In this document: positions 29,635 to 42,909 of the stretch, in pieces
Position numbering within the stretch: the first letter of the stretch is position 1
Layout of the letters: every line of letters begins with the position of its first letter
NCBI GenBank assembly: GCA_031429515.1
Contig: JANOZT010000013.1
Span: forward strand, 121 to 64,120
DNA from: Sphingobacteriia bacterium
GTDB lineage: Bacteria; Bacteroidota; Bacteroidia; Chitinophagales; Chitinophagaceae
Direction: 5' to 3'
DNA: 64,000 bases
Notes under the pieces: generated by a model
The model's database searches: none
What the model was told of the DNA's origin: nothing
Seen by the model: only the letters and a program-made list of their open reading frames with translations
Translations under genes and position numbers: made by a program

Positions 29635-30435
29635 ATGGCAAATACAATCGCAATTATCGGTGGAGGTAATTTAGGTACTGCAATGGCAGAGGGTTTGGTG
29701 AATAGCGCATTTAGTAAACCCGAAAATATTATTGTTACCAAAAGAAATACAACTACACTAGCATCATTGGCTTCTAAAGGAGTCATTGTTAGCAACAACA
29801 ATATTGAAGCTGTTACAAAAGCTAGTTGGATCATTCTGGCGATTAAACCTTTTCAAATTAAGGAAGTACTCGAAGAGATCAAGCCATTGCTGAATAAAGA
29901 CAAACATGTATTAATAAGTGTAGCGACCGGAATTTGGATCAATGAAATACAAGAAATTGTTGGAGCTGACTTTCCTGTATTTAGAGCTATGCCGAATACA
30001 GCTATTGCCATTCAAGAAAGCATGACTTGCATCAATGGAAGCAAAGTAACACCAGCGCAAACTGAATTTGTTACACAGCTTTTTAACCAATTAGGAAAAA
30101 CAGTGTTGATCGAAGAAAAATTAATGGATGCAGCTACTGTGCTAGGAGCTTGTGGTACCGCCTATGCCATGCGTTATATCAGGGCCAATATACAAGGAGG
30201 AATCGAAATTGGGTTTTCTGCAGCAACTGCTTCATTAATTGCTGCACAAACTGTAAAAGGAGCAGCTGAATTACTATTACAAAAGAATACTCACCCGGAA
30301 CAAGAAATTGATAAAGTAACTACACCGAAGGGATGTACCATTGCGGGGTTGAACGAAATGGAACATCAGGGCTTTAGTTCCTCATTAATTAAGGGGATAG
30401 TAACTAGCTATAAAAAGATTATTCAGGATATGTAA
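29635..30435 (+). CDS. proC: Pyrroline-5-carboxylate reductase
   Basis: IIGGGNLG, RAMPNT, GACGTAY, VTTPKGCTIAGL. Confidence 0.95.
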   Translation: MANTIAIIGGGNLGTAMAEGLVNSAFSKPENIIVTKRNTTTLASLASKGVIVSNNNIEAVTKASWIILAIKPFQIKEVLEEIKPLLNKDKHVLISVATGIWINEIQEIVGADFPVFRAMPNTAIAIQESMTCINGSKVTPAQTEFVTQLFNQLGKTVLIEEKLMDAATVLGACGTAYAMRYIRANIQGGIEIGFSAATASLIAAQTVKGAAELLLQKNTHPEQEIDKVTTPKGCTIAGLNEMEHQGFSSSLIKGIVTSYKKIIQDM

Positions 30436-31718
30436 TTAATAAAGCTTGCCGTCGCTTAAATTCAGTTTGTAAGTTAGCGGTGAAATTCGAGCATATTCTT
30501 TAATAATAGAATAATCGCTTTTGCCGAATTTTACACCAGATAATAATGAGTTTTTAATATTATCTCTTACGAATAAATTTAAATGCGAGAAATAGTATTC
30601 ATTTTGATTGTCTTTTATCAATTTGATAAAAAGTCCGTTACCAGTATTATAGAATAAATCTTTACCATCAAAATAGCCCCAAATTCCATAACTGTTTTTC
30701 TCCATTCCATTAATGAATGGTTGAATTTGAGTGGCGTAAGTGGGTATATCTTCACCCATATTATAAGATTTTACTACAATTGCAGAATCAGTAAAAGGAG
30801 CCTGTTCAATAAATTTCTCAAAACTTTCATAAACCCCTTTTGCCGGATTCAATGTGATCATTTTTTTAGATCTAATCTCATTTAAATAGGCATTGAAAGC
30901 TGTTGCATCAATTTTTAATTTATTTGATTCAATTTTCCCATCTTCAAAATCAAATCCTTTTTTTTCTATTAAATCCTGTAAAGTATCCATTAAACGTTGA
31001 TAAGCCTTTCCTTCCTCATAAGGTAGAGAAAACCCACCATTCAATTTTTTTAAGGGGTAGTAGTCATTTTCAATTTGAGTAAAAAGTTCAATGTTATAAT
31101 TTAATGTTGTTATCAATGAATTGTTTGCTGAATGTCTGTGAACAAAAGCATCTTGACTAAACCAACAATCTCTTAGCACCAATATTAATCTTCTGCTAGT
31201 TGTAGTATCAATTGAAAGAGGTATTGTTTCCAGCCAATTTTTTAACCATACTAAAGGGCTTTGATTAACGGTTATTCCTACTGTATTTATTCCTTGCTTT
31301 TTTAAAGCTAAATTAATCGGAAAGAATCCTGTTTTTTGTTGATCGGATCTTACATCAAATAATCTAATAGTGTTTATTTGAGATAAATTGAATGAACTAG
31401 CTGCTGTTGTAATATTAAGGTTAACAATTGGAAAAAATTTATTTAAAGTATTCGCAATATTGTCGAGTGATTTATTCCCAGATTTTACAAAAGGATAAGA
31501 ATTGTTATTTTGATTTGAGTGATTATTTGATTCCGCATTTTTAGCAATATTTACTGCATCTTTTGTATTTTCTGCAACTATAGTTACACCATTAATAGTT
31601 ATGACATCCCTTGTTTCATTAGGATTAGTAACCACTCGACCTGGAGGAACGGCAACAGCTTGAGCAATTGAATTTCCTATTATTAAAATAATACTGATAG
31701 ATAAAAAAAACAGCTTCA
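30436..31718 (-). CDS. Secreted hypothetical protein
   Basis: Signal peptide from ATG 31718 (MKLFF...SIAQ); no recognisable domain. Confidence 0.7.
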
Positions 31719-31766
31719 TGATGTTGATTTTAATTAAAACTTTCAACTAAATATCAATAATTATGC

Positions 31767-32657
31767 CTACAATTTTTTCTTCAAGAATTCAATCGTTTTA
31801 GTATGAGCATCTTCCGTTGCTTCTTTATTAAAGCTTGGGTTGCTTGGGTTGGCAAATCCATGACCTGCTTCATATTTATTGGTAGTAATTTTCTTACCTA
31901 CAGTAGCCATATCTGCTTCGAATTTAGTTACAACAGCAGGAGCAGGACTCTGGTCTTTATTTCCAAAGAATCCTATTATCTCACAGTTCAAGTTTTTAAG
32001 TTTTTCTAAATTGGTTTCAGGTCGTCCATAATACATCACACATCCTGCAGCTTGTTTGCCGGCCAATAAACTGGTTTGTAAGCTCCACATTCCTCCAAAG
32101 CACCAACCAATAGTAAAAATTTTGGCATCTTCTCCAACATAGGCAATTGCCCCTTTAACGATGCTTTCAAGTCTTGGTGTGGTAGCGGCTCTCATAAATG
32201 CCATCGCGCTGTCCGCGGTTGTAGCTACTTTTCCATCATACATATCCAATGCCAATACATTCACATTGCCTAGTTCTGCAGAAAGCGCTTCTGCTTCTCT
32301 TTTGATATTATCGTTTAATCCCCACCATTCCTGTATCACAAAGATCCAATTCTTGGTTTTTTTCTTGCTTTTGATGAAATAGGCAGTCCCTTCTTTTCCA
32401 TCAGGGCTTTGAAATTGTATTGTCTTCCCTGTTTGGTCCTCTAAAATGAATGCTTTAGGATTTTCATGTAAAGCTGCAAAACTAGCTGTATTGGCTTCGT
32501 TTCTGAACTGTTCTCTCACATCGCCACTAAAACAAGACTCATAACATGCTGGTGTAAGCATTTTTGGAGCTGGATTTTTATTGGTATTGGCTAGGAATGC
32601 AGCCGTTGAGAAAGCAGCCAAAGTAATCAGGAGGATTTTTTTCATATTTGAATGCAT
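31767..32657 (-). CDS. Dienelactone hydrolase family protein (secreted)
   Basis: IQEWWGLND, nucleophile GWCFGG, YEAGHGFANP. Confidence 0.9.
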   Translation of the reverse strand: MHSNMKKILLITLAAFSTAAFLANTNKNPAPKMLTPACYESCFSGDVREQFRNEANTASFAALHENPKAFILEDQTGKTIQFQSPDGKEGTAYFIKSKKKTKNWIFVIQEWWGLNDNIKREAEALSAELGNVNVLALDMYDGKVATTADSAMAFMRAATTPRLESIVKGAIAYVGEDAKIFTIGWCFGGMWSLQTSLLAGKQAAGCVMYYGRPETNLEKLKNLNCEIIGFFGNKDQSPAPAVVTKFEADMATVGKKITTNKYEAGHGFANPSNPSFNKEATEDAHTKTIEFLKKKL

Positions 32658-32739
32658 AAGATTTGCACGTTAAATTAACACTTTCCACCAACTAAAGTTT
32701 AAATCGAAAGGACTATTTTTTGGAATTAATTATTTGCTG

Positions 32740-32747
32740 TAGGTTTG
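32740..32747 (+). promoter_or_regulatory. Candidate -7 element (TAGGTTTG) for pyrG
   Basis: TAnnTTTG match 170 nt upstream of pyrG. Confidence 0.45.
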
Positions 32748-32908
32748 TACGACCTCAGAACTATTTCAGTTCCATTTTCCAAGGTCGTTTTGTTCTTATT
32801 TTTTATTGAATTCGCGAATTCATTCATTCACGGATTATCCTAATACCGTATAATTTATATCTGTTGATATGCGGCTTTTTGGGTGTTTTATTATTTAATG
32901 GTAGATAA

Positions 32909-35667
<2,759 letters not shown>

Positions 35668-35837
35668 AACAACGTATTTGAAGTGAGTACACTTGAAAAA
35701 TGAAAAAAATGGTTGGTTGTTGGTTGGAAGGAGGCCTAAAGAAACGATGAATATTCAATATTTGGTCAAAATAGCCCTTTTTTATAGCTTTTTTAACGAC
35801 TATCCAAGTTCTAATTCACATTTGTCAATCCAAATAC

Positions 35838-35845
35838 TACCTTTG
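35838..35845 (+). promoter_or_regulatory. -7 element (TACCTTTG) for yidC
   Basis: TAnnTTTG match 19 nt upstream of ATG. Confidence 0.7.
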
Positions 35846-35864
35846 CCGCTCAATAAAATGGAGT

Positions 35865-37703
35865 ATGAAGACGGATAAAAATTCGGTCATTGGATTTGTA
35901 TTACTAGGAGCACTGTTTATTCTTTATTTCTGGTACACAGGACAACAACAAAATGCAGTCCTTAAGCTAAAGCAGAAAGAAGAAGATTCATTGGCAAAAA
36001 TTGCAAATGCTAGAGTTAAAATATTGGATACTGTTACAGCAAAAATAGATTCTTTAAAAAGAGATACTGCAGTAAGAAAAGCTACAGCGGGTAATTTTAC
36101 TAGTGCTGCACTGGGTAATGAAACCTTTGTAACAATTGAGAATGAATTATTGTCCGCCACTTTCACCAATAAAGGAGCACAAATTAAAAAGATTGTTCTA
36201 AAAAATTACAAAGACGGTAAAGGTAATCCGGTAGTGTTGGCAGATAATAATGTTGTCAGCTATACAATTAATACAGCACCGGGTCAATCTGCTAGTAGCG
36301 AAACCTTGTTTTTTAATGCTGGAACAGTTGAGAAATTAAATGATAGTAGTCAGTTGATTAAGTTCACAATCGATGCAGCTAATGGTCAACGTGTTGAGCA
36401 TCAATTTCTAGTTAAGTCCAATAGTTTTATGATTGATTGGAAATTGATCATGAATGGAGCGGACCAACTTTTATCGAATGGTGCATTGAATTTAAATTGG
36501 AATGTAGCGACTCGTCAAATGGAACGTACCGCAGTGTATGAGCGCCAAGTTTCTAATATTTGTTTTTCTGAAGGAAATGCTTTCGACTATATTTCTTCCA
36601 AGCAGGAACATACTTTTGAAAAGCCAATTCAATGGGTTTCTGTAGTTCAGCAATTCTTTAATAATACTTTGATTGCGGGAAATGGGTTTTCAAGTGGTGG
36701 CATTAAATGGGCTCGTAAAACAGATACTTCTCATGAATTAGCTACTACTTCTGCTTCATTACAAATGAAATTGCAGCCAGCTTCATCTATTACTATTCCA
36801 TTTCAATTTTATATAGGTCCTAGCGAATATAAATTACTCAGTAAGCAAGCTCCAGAAATGGATAAAATCGTCAACTTAGGTAGGGATATGTATTCCTTTG
36901 TTCGTCCGATCAATAAATACATTATCATGAATGTATTTGACTTTTTCGCTGGCTTTGTAAAAAATTACGGTTGGGTTGTATTGTTATTGACTTTGTTTAT
37001 TCGCTTGGTTACAGCACCATTAACTTACACTAGCTATTTAAGTGGCGCTAAAATGAAAGCAATGAAACCCGAATTGGATACACTCAAGAAAAAATTTGGA
37101 GATGATCAGCAAGGTTTTGCAATGGAACAAATGAAGTTGTTCAGAGAAGCAGGTGTAAATCCTTTAGGAGGATGTATTCCAGCACTACTTCAAATCCCTA
37201 TCTTCTTTGCATTGTATAGTTTCTTTAATTCAAATATTGCTTTGAGAGGACAGGAGTTTTTATGGAGTAAAGATTTATCATCCTATGATTCAATTGCTAC
37301 TTTACCATTCATGATTCCTGCATTTGGTAATCATATTAGCCTATTTACCATTACGGCAGTAATAACCAGCTTCTTGATTTCTATTTATAACATGAGTATG
37401 ACCCCAACCCAGGATAACCCTGCGTTAAAATACATGCCTTATATTTTTCCTTTCATGTTATTATTCATCTTTAATAGTCTTCCATCGGCATTAACATGGT
37501 ATTATACGGTATCTAATATTATCACATTGGCACTGCAGTTTGTAATTCAGAATTATATCATTGATCACGATAAGATATTGGCCAAAATAGATCAAAAAAG
37601 AAAGGCTCCAAAGACCAAAAGCAAATGGCAGGAGCGTTACGAACAAATGATGGATAGTCAGAAAAAATTACAGGATTTAAAATCCAAAACCAACAAAAAA
37701 TAA
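35865..37703 (+). CDS. yidC: Membrane protein insertase YidC
   Basis: N-terminal TM, large periplasmic domain, GVNPLGGCIPALLQIPIFFALY, FLWSKDLSSYD, LPSALTWYY. Confidence 0.96.
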   Translation: MKTDKNSVIGFVLLGALFILYFWYTGQQQNAVLKLKQKEEDSLAKIANARVKILDTVTAKIDSLKRDTAVRKATAGNFTSAALGNETFVTIENELLSATFTNKGAQIKKIVLKNYKDGKGNPVVLADNNVVSYTINTAPGQSASSETLFFNAGTVEKLNDSSQLIKFTIDAANGQRVEHQFLVKSNSFMIDWKLIMNGADQLLSNGALNLNWNVATRQMERTAVYERQVSNICFSEGNAFDYISSKQEHTFEKPIQWVSVVQQFFNNTLIAGNGFSSGGIKWARKTDTSHELATTSASLQMKLQPASSITIPFQFYIGPSEYKLLSKQAPEMDKIVNLGRDMYSFVRPINKYIIMNVFDFFAGFVKNYGWVVLLLTLFIRLVTAPLTYTSYLSGAKMKAMKPELDTLKKKFGDDQQGFAMEQMKLFREAGVNPLGGCIPALLQIPIFFALYSFFNSNIALRGQEFLWSKDLSSYDSIATLPFMIPAFGNHISLFTITAVITSFLISIYNMSMTPTQDNPALKYMPYIFPFMLLFIFNSLPSALTWYYTVSNIITLALQFVIQNYIIDHDKILAKIDQKRKAPKTKSKWQERYEQMMDSQKKLQDLKSKTNKK

Positions 37704-37710
37704 CTAGAAT

Positions 37711-37740
37711 AAAAACCCTTCCTAATTGGAGGGGTTTTTT
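37711..37740 (+). terminator. Intrinsic terminator after yidC
   Basis: AAAAACCCTTCC-TAAT-TGGAGGGGTTTTTT hairpin. Confidence 0.65.
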
Positions 37741-37755
37741 AGTTAATTTTACTCT

Positions 37756-38391
37756 ATGAAAAATGTAGCTTTTTCTCTTTTATCTTTTTTTACAATGATT
37801 ACTGTTAATGCACAAACTCGTGTTGTAGCCGAATGCACAGTCAACTATTCCATTCAAATTAGTGGAGATGAAAAAATCGATAATGAAACCGCATCACTAT
37901 TAAAATCAAGTAGTAAAACGGTTTATATTAAAGGGAATGACAGCAGGGTTGATTTATTGAGTACTTCTTTTTTGCAAACCTTAATTTACGATAAATCTAC
38001 TGGCAAAGCAGTTATTATGAGAGAGTTAGGAGCCAATAAATTCATGACCAAATTAGACAATAAATCTTGGGTTGAACAAAACAATAAATTCAATGGTATG
38101 ATGATTTCCTATGTAAATGAGATCAAGCAAATTCTTGGATATGAGTGTAAAAAAGCAATATTACAATTGCAAGACGGAAGCTCTTTTACAGTGTATTATT
38201 CAACCGCTATAGCCCCTTCAGTAAGAGAATTCGAATACCAGTTTAAAGACATTCCTGGTTTTGTATTAGAATATGAAGCTATAGAAGGAAAGGGATTAAA
38301 AATAATTTATACTGCAACTAAAATCAACTTGAATCCAGTGCCTGCTTCTAAATTTGATATACCCACAAGTGGATATAGATTACTTAATTAA
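37756..38391 (+). CDS. Secreted GLPGLI-like family protein
   Basis: Signal peptide; ILGYECKKA, VYYSTAI, KDIPGFVLEY, FDIP..Y. Confidence 0.65.
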   Translation: MKNVAFSLLSFFTMITVNAQTRVVAECTVNYSIQISGDEKIDNETASLLKSSSKTVYIKGNDSRVDLLSTSFLQTLIYDKSTGKAVIMRELGANKFMTKLDNKSWVEQNNKFNGMMISYVNEIKQILGYECKKAILQLQDGSSFTVYYSTAIAPSVREFEYQFKDIPGFVLEYEAIEGKGLKIIYTATKINLNPVPASKFDIPTSGYRLLN

Positions 38392-38741
38392 TGAGTAGTA
38401 GGCGAAGGTGTCTTGAATTTTGGAACTTTCACTTTAAACTTATAAGGATAGATATAAGTAGTGTTTCCATTATCGTATTGCAACATACTGTTGATTTCTT
38501 TGCCTTGAAAACTTGGTGTTGCATTAGGTATATGAATACCCTTGTATTGTAAACTCGACTTGATGGCGCCAAGCGTTAACCCTTTTCTTGTGTAGTTATT
38601 CAAACTGCGTAGAGAATATTTGTTATTACGTGTTTTGTCATCTACAATACCAGTGAAAGAAAGTGCAGCATAAGCCAGCTGCATACTCATAATGAGCATA
38701 ACAACTAAGACTATTTTTTGATATGTTAACTGCTTCTTCAC
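38388..38741 (-). CDS. Small secreted hypothetical protein
   Basis: GTG start, MKK signal peptide, 117 aa; TAACTTTG element at 38746-38753. Confidence 0.65.
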   Translation of the reverse strand: MKKQLTYQKIVLVVMLIMSMQLAYAALSFTGIVDDKTRNNKYSLRSLNNYTRKGLTLGAIKSSLQYKGIHIPNATPSFQGKEINSMLQYDNGNTTYIYPYKFKVKVPKFKTPSPTTH

Positions 38742-38885
38742 CTTGCAAAGTTATATTTTATTCTTATTTGGGCAATTTTTATTTTTTATTAACATTTGAG
38801 AAAAAACGTTAATAATAGGATAAATGATAAAAAAAGGACTAAAAAGTTCAAATAATTGGTCTAAATTAGAATAACCAATAGGCAT

Positions 38886-40307
38886 ATGCGAGAAAATCCC
38901 TACCGCGAAGACCGTGAAGAAATGAAGGAACTGATCAATCAGTATCAAAATCTGAAGCACGGCAGATCACATAGTTTCTTAGAAGAAGACGCATTTGAGC
39001 GAATAATAGACTACTACGACGAAAAGGACAATATTCCAGAAGCAATGGAGGCGGCTGAAATTGCTTTAGAGCAATTCCCTTATTCTTCCAACCTGATGAT
39101 CAAAAAAGCAGATTTATTATTAGCTACAAGAAAATACCAGGAAGCATTGGATATTTTAGAAACTGCTGGCCTTTTCGACAGTAGCGATTTGAATTTATAC
39201 ATTTTAAAAACAGATGCTTATTTAGCATTAGATCAGCAATCTAAGGCGGTTGAATTATTAGAATCTGCTTTGAATTTATTTGAAGGAGATGAGCGGTTGG
39301 ATTTATTATTTGAATTGGCTGATGTGTATGATGACTACGAAGAATTCGATAAAGTTTTTGATTGCTTAAAATTGATATTAGAAGAAGAGCCAACCAACGA
39401 AGAGGCTTTATATAAAATTTGTTTTTGGACTGATTTTACAGGAAGGAACGAAGAAAGTATTCGATTACATCAACAAATTATTGATGAGTTTCCGTTCAAT
39501 GAATTGGCTTGGTTTAATTTGGCGGCAGCTTATCAAGGAATTAAATTGTATGAAAAGTCAATTGATGCATATCAATACGCTGTAGCAATTGATGAGAAAT
39601 TTGATTACGCTTATAGAAATATGGGTGATGCTTTTTTAAGATTAAGAAAATACAAAGAAGCGATAGAAGTTTTAGAAAAAGTATTGGAGTTAACAAGACC
39701 TGAAGATGTAATTTATGAAGCAATAGGTCATTGTTATCATCGAATGGGAAAAAATGCGCAAGCCCGATTTAATTATAAGAAAGCGGTCCATTTAAATCCG
39801 GACGATAGTAAACTTCATTATAAGATTGCGGTAACATATATGCTAGAAGAGCAATGGTCTAGTGCTTGTAAACAATTGGAGAATGCCATGCGAATTCAGC
39901 GAACCGTTCCAGAATACAATCTTGCTATGGGGGAATGTAAGATGAACATGAATAAGTTCAAAGAGGCCATTCAATATTTTGGAACAGTAGTCCGTCACAA
40001 ACCAAAGAATGTTGCTGGATGGGAAGCATTGATTCGCTGTTTATTAAAAGCCGAATATTTTGAAGAAGCCTTAGATCAATCTTTGAACGCGTTAAAAGCA
40101 ACAGATGCTAAACCGATTTTCTATTTTTATGCAAGCACTTCTTTATTTGTATTAGGTAAAACCAAAGAAGCGTTATTGCAATTAGAAGAAGGCATGAACA
40201 AAGCACCTAAATTGCTTAAAAAATTCATAGAATTAAATCCATCTATTTTACAAAATAATCAGGTAGTAGACATTATTGCTCGATATAAAAAAGGGAAAAA
40301 GATTTAG
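38886..40307 (+). CDS. Tetratricopeptide repeat protein
   Basis: Multiple 34-aa TPR units (e.g. AWFNLAAAYQGIKLYEKSIDAYQYAVAIDEKFDY). Confidence 0.9.
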   Translation: MRENPYREDREEMKELINQYQNLKHGRSHSFLEEDAFERIIDYYDEKDNIPEAMEAAEIALEQFPYSSNLMIKKADLLLATRKYQEALDILETAGLFDSSDLNLYILKTDAYLALDQQSKAVELLESALNLFEGDERLDLLFELADVYDDYEEFDKVFDCLKLILEEEPTNEEALYKICFWTDFTGRNEESIRLHQQIIDEFPFNELAWFNLAAAYQGIKLYEKSIDAYQYAVAIDEKFDYAYRNMGDAFLRLRKYKEAIEVLEKVLELTRPEDVIYEAIGHCYHRMGKNAQARFNYKKAVHLNPDDSKLHYKIAVTYMLEEQWSSACKQLENAMRIQRTVPEYNLAMGECKMNMNKFKEAIQYFGTVVRHKPKNVAGWEALIRCLLKAEYFEEALDQSLNALKATDAKPIFYFYASTSLFVLGKTKEALLQLEEGMNKAPKLLKKFIELNPSILQNNQVVDIIARYKKGKKI

Positions 40308-40361
40308 CAATTTTTTAGTAATCGAATAATCCCCTCAATTATCCATTTCATTCGATTTGCG

Positions 40362-40369
40362 TACCTTTG
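40362..40369 (+). promoter_or_regulatory. -7 element (TACCTTTG) for comA-aroE
   Basis: TAnnTTTG match 20 nt upstream of ATG. Confidence 0.7.
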
Positions 40370-40389
40370 CCGCTGATTAAATAGATAAT

Positions 40390-41154
40390 ATGAATTTCAA
40401 TCTTACTCAAATACCAGAAAGAACAAAGCAACCACGTAATTATGGTTTGACCATGGTAATGGATAAAGGTCTTAGCATTAACCAGGTAAAAGATTTCATG
40501 AGTGTTGCAGGCCCTCATGTTGATATCGTAAAATTAGGTTTTGGAACTTCATTTGTAACACCCAATTTGAGAGAGAAAATAGAATTATACCATACATACA
40601 ATATTCCTATTTATTTTGGAGGAACTTTGTTCGAAGCTTTTTTAATCAGAAATCAATTTGATGATTTTATTGCAGTATGTAAAGATTATGCAATCAACTA
40701 TATTGAAGTAAGTGATGGTTCTATCACTATTCCTCATGCTGAGAAATGTGGGTATATAGAAAAACTAACCAAACATGCAACGGTTTTGAGTGAGGTAGGA
40801 AGCAAAGACGCTGCACATATTATTCCTCCATATAAATGGATAGAATTGATGAGGGCAGAATTAGAAGCTGGTTCTTCTTATGTAATTGCAGAAGCAAGGG
40901 AGGCTGGAAATGTGGGTATTTATAGAGGAAGCGGAGAAGTAAGAGAAGGTTTGGTACAAGAAATTCTAACACAAATTCCAGCAGATAAAATTATATGGGA
41001 AGCACCTCAAAAAGCACAGCAATTGTATTTCTTAGAGTTAATAGGATGTAATGTTAATTTAGGCAATATTGCACCAAATGAAGTGATTCCTTTAGAATCT
41101 ATGAGAATAGGGTTGAGAGGTGATACTTTTGAATTATACCTCGATAAAAAATAG
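40390..41154 (+). CDS. comA: Phosphosulfolactate synthase (ComA family)
   Basis: KQPRNYGLTMVMDKG, DIVKLGFGTS, GGTLFE, IEVSDG, SEVGSK, VIAEARE.G, VNLGNI...LE..RIGLRGDT. Confidence 0.92.
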   Translation: MNFNLTQIPERTKQPRNYGLTMVMDKGLSINQVKDFMSVAGPHVDIVKLGFGTSFVTPNLREKIELYHTYNIPIYFGGTLFEAFLIRNQFDDFIAVCKDYAINYIEVSDGSITIPHAEKCGYIEKLTKHATVLSEVGSKDAAHIIPPYKWIELMRAELEAGSSYVIAEAREAGNVGIYRGSGEVREGLVQEILTQIPADKIIWEAPQKAQQLYFLELIGCNVNLGNIAPNEVIPLESMRIGLRGDTFELYLDKK

Positions 41155-41156
41155 TT

Positions 41157-41894
41157 ATGCGGACATATGGTTTGATCGGTTATCCGCTTAGTCACTCATT
41201 TTCGCAACAATATTTTACACAAAAGTTTTTTGATCTTGGCATTACAGATGCTGAGTACTTTACTTTTTCTATTCCAGCAATTAATGATTTAAATGAAATA
41301 ATTGCTACTCATCCAAATCTTTGCGGATTCAATATTACCATACCCTACAAAAAAAAGGTATTGTCTTTTTTGACTCATGCCGATGAAACTGTTACAGTAT
41401 TAGGAGCCTGTAATTGTGTACATATAAAAAATGGACAATTATTAGGTTACAATACAGATGTAATTGGCTTTGAAAAATCATTAAAGCCTTTTTTGCAACC
41501 CAATCATCAAAAAGCATTGATACTAGGAACAGGGGGCGCAGCTGCAGCTGTGGCCTATGTTTTAGGAAAATTAAATATTGAATTCCAATTCGTTTCTCGA
41601 GATGAGGGCGAATCGAATCTTTCGTATGAACAATTAAATGACAGGATCATTAATGATCACACTTTAATTGTAAATACAAGCCCAGTTGGTCAATACCCTA
41701 ATATCAATGAAGCACCTGCATTGCCTTACGATAACATCGGAACTCAGCATCATTTATTTGATCTTATTTATAATCCCAATGAAACTTCATTTTTGCAAAA
41801 TGGAAGATCAAGAGGTGCAACTATTCAAAACGGATATGAAATGTTGGTATTACAAGCCGAGGCAAGCTGGGATATTTGGAATGATATCAGCTAA
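41157..41894 (+). CDS. aroE: Shikimate dehydrogenase
   Basis: GYPLSHSFS, NITIPYK, GYNTD, LGTGGAA, DLIYNP..T, NGYEML..QA. Confidence 0.92.
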   Translation: MRTYGLIGYPLSHSFSQQYFTQKFFDLGITDAEYFTFSIPAINDLNEIIATHPNLCGFNITIPYKKKVLSFLTHADETVTVLGACNCVHIKNGQLLGYNTDVIGFEKSLKPFLQPNHQKALILGTGGAAAAVAYVLGKLNIEFQFVSRDEGESNLSYEQLNDRIINDHTLIVNTSPVGQYPNINEAPALPYDNIGTQHHLFDLIYNPNETSFLQNGRSRGATIQNGYEMLVLQAEASWDIWNDIS

Positions 41895-42315
41895 GTTCTT
41901 TCATTAATTCTTCTGACAATGGTACTTTCTTTTTATTGGAATAATCATACAATAACATGCCCGTTTTTGCTCTTGTAGCAAGAATGAATTGTTCATCTTG
42001 TATCAATTCAATTTTATAATAAAAATCAAAACCCATTTTGTCAAAATCAACTGCAGCAACAGATACTAAAATAGTATCTGCATAATTCAATTCCTTTTTG
42101 TATTCTATTGATGCATCAACCATGATCAATCCTTTGCCATTAATATTCAATTCTTGATGGCCTTTCGATTGTAGGTATTGTTGTCTCGCTTCTTGTAAAA
42201 TTGATAAAATGGTATCATTGCCAACATGACCACCATAATTTAAATCACTGATTCTGATGGTCAGTTTTGTGCTAAACGAAAAATGGTCAGGCAATTTTAT
42301 TTTTATTCTGTTCAT
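41887..42315 (-). CDS. Thioesterase family (4HBT/hotdog) protein
   Basis: IRISDLNYGGHVGND..L..LQEAR. Confidence 0.88.
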   Translation of the reverse strand: MNRIKIKLPDHFSFSTKLTIRISDLNYGGHVGNDTILSILQEARQQYLQSKGHQELNINGKGLIMVDASIEYKKELNYADTILVSVAAVDFDKMGFDFYYKIELIQDEQFILATRAKTGMLLYDYSNKKKVPLSEELMKELS

Positions 42316-42899
42316 TTAATGGTTTTCAAAAATGATATTAATTGGGTAACTGCTTTTTTTCTATGACTAAAATTATTTTTTTCTTCCATACTCATTTCGG
42401 CAAAAGTTTTAGTAGATCCTTCTGGGATAAAAACAGGATCATATCCAAATCCATCTAGACCATTTTGGGTTTCGGTGATTTTCCCTTTACAAATGCCTTC
42501 AAAAAAATACTCTTTTTCATTCCAAATTAACGAGATCACTGTTCTGAACTGCGCACTACGGTTGAATTTGCCTGATAAATTTTTTAACAATAAATGAATA
42601 TTATCTTGAAAATCTCTACCATCACCTGCATAGCGAGCACTCTTCACACCTGGATCTTCATTTAATTCGGCTACTTCTAATCCGGTGTCTTCACTAAAAC
42701 AGTTTTGACCAGTTAACCGATGAATAACAGAAGACTTTTCTCTGGCATTCGCATGAAGTGTATCATGTGGTTCAGGAATATCAATATCAATAGCAGCTTC
42801 AGCTAATGAAATAATATTGATTGTATTTCCAACCACCGATTTTATTTCTTTTACTTTATGGGTATTATTAGTTGCAAAAATGAGCGTTTGAATTTGCAT
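42312..42899 (-). CDS. rdgB: Non-canonical purine NTP pyrophosphatase
   Basis: ATNNTHK, EDTGL, PGVKSARYAG, GFGYDPVF, SHRKKA. Confidence 0.95.
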   Translation of the reverse strand: MQIQTLIFATNNTHKVKEIKSVVGNTINIISLAEAAIDIDIPEPHDTLHANAREKSSVIHRLTGQNCFSEDTGLEVAELNEDPGVKSARYAGDGRDFQDNIHLLLKNLSGKFNRSAQFRTVISLIWNEKEYFFEGICKGKITETQNGLDGFGYDPVFIPEGSTKTFAEMSMEEKNNFSHRKKAVTQLISFLKTIK

Positions 42900-42909
42900 G
42901 GATCATGCT

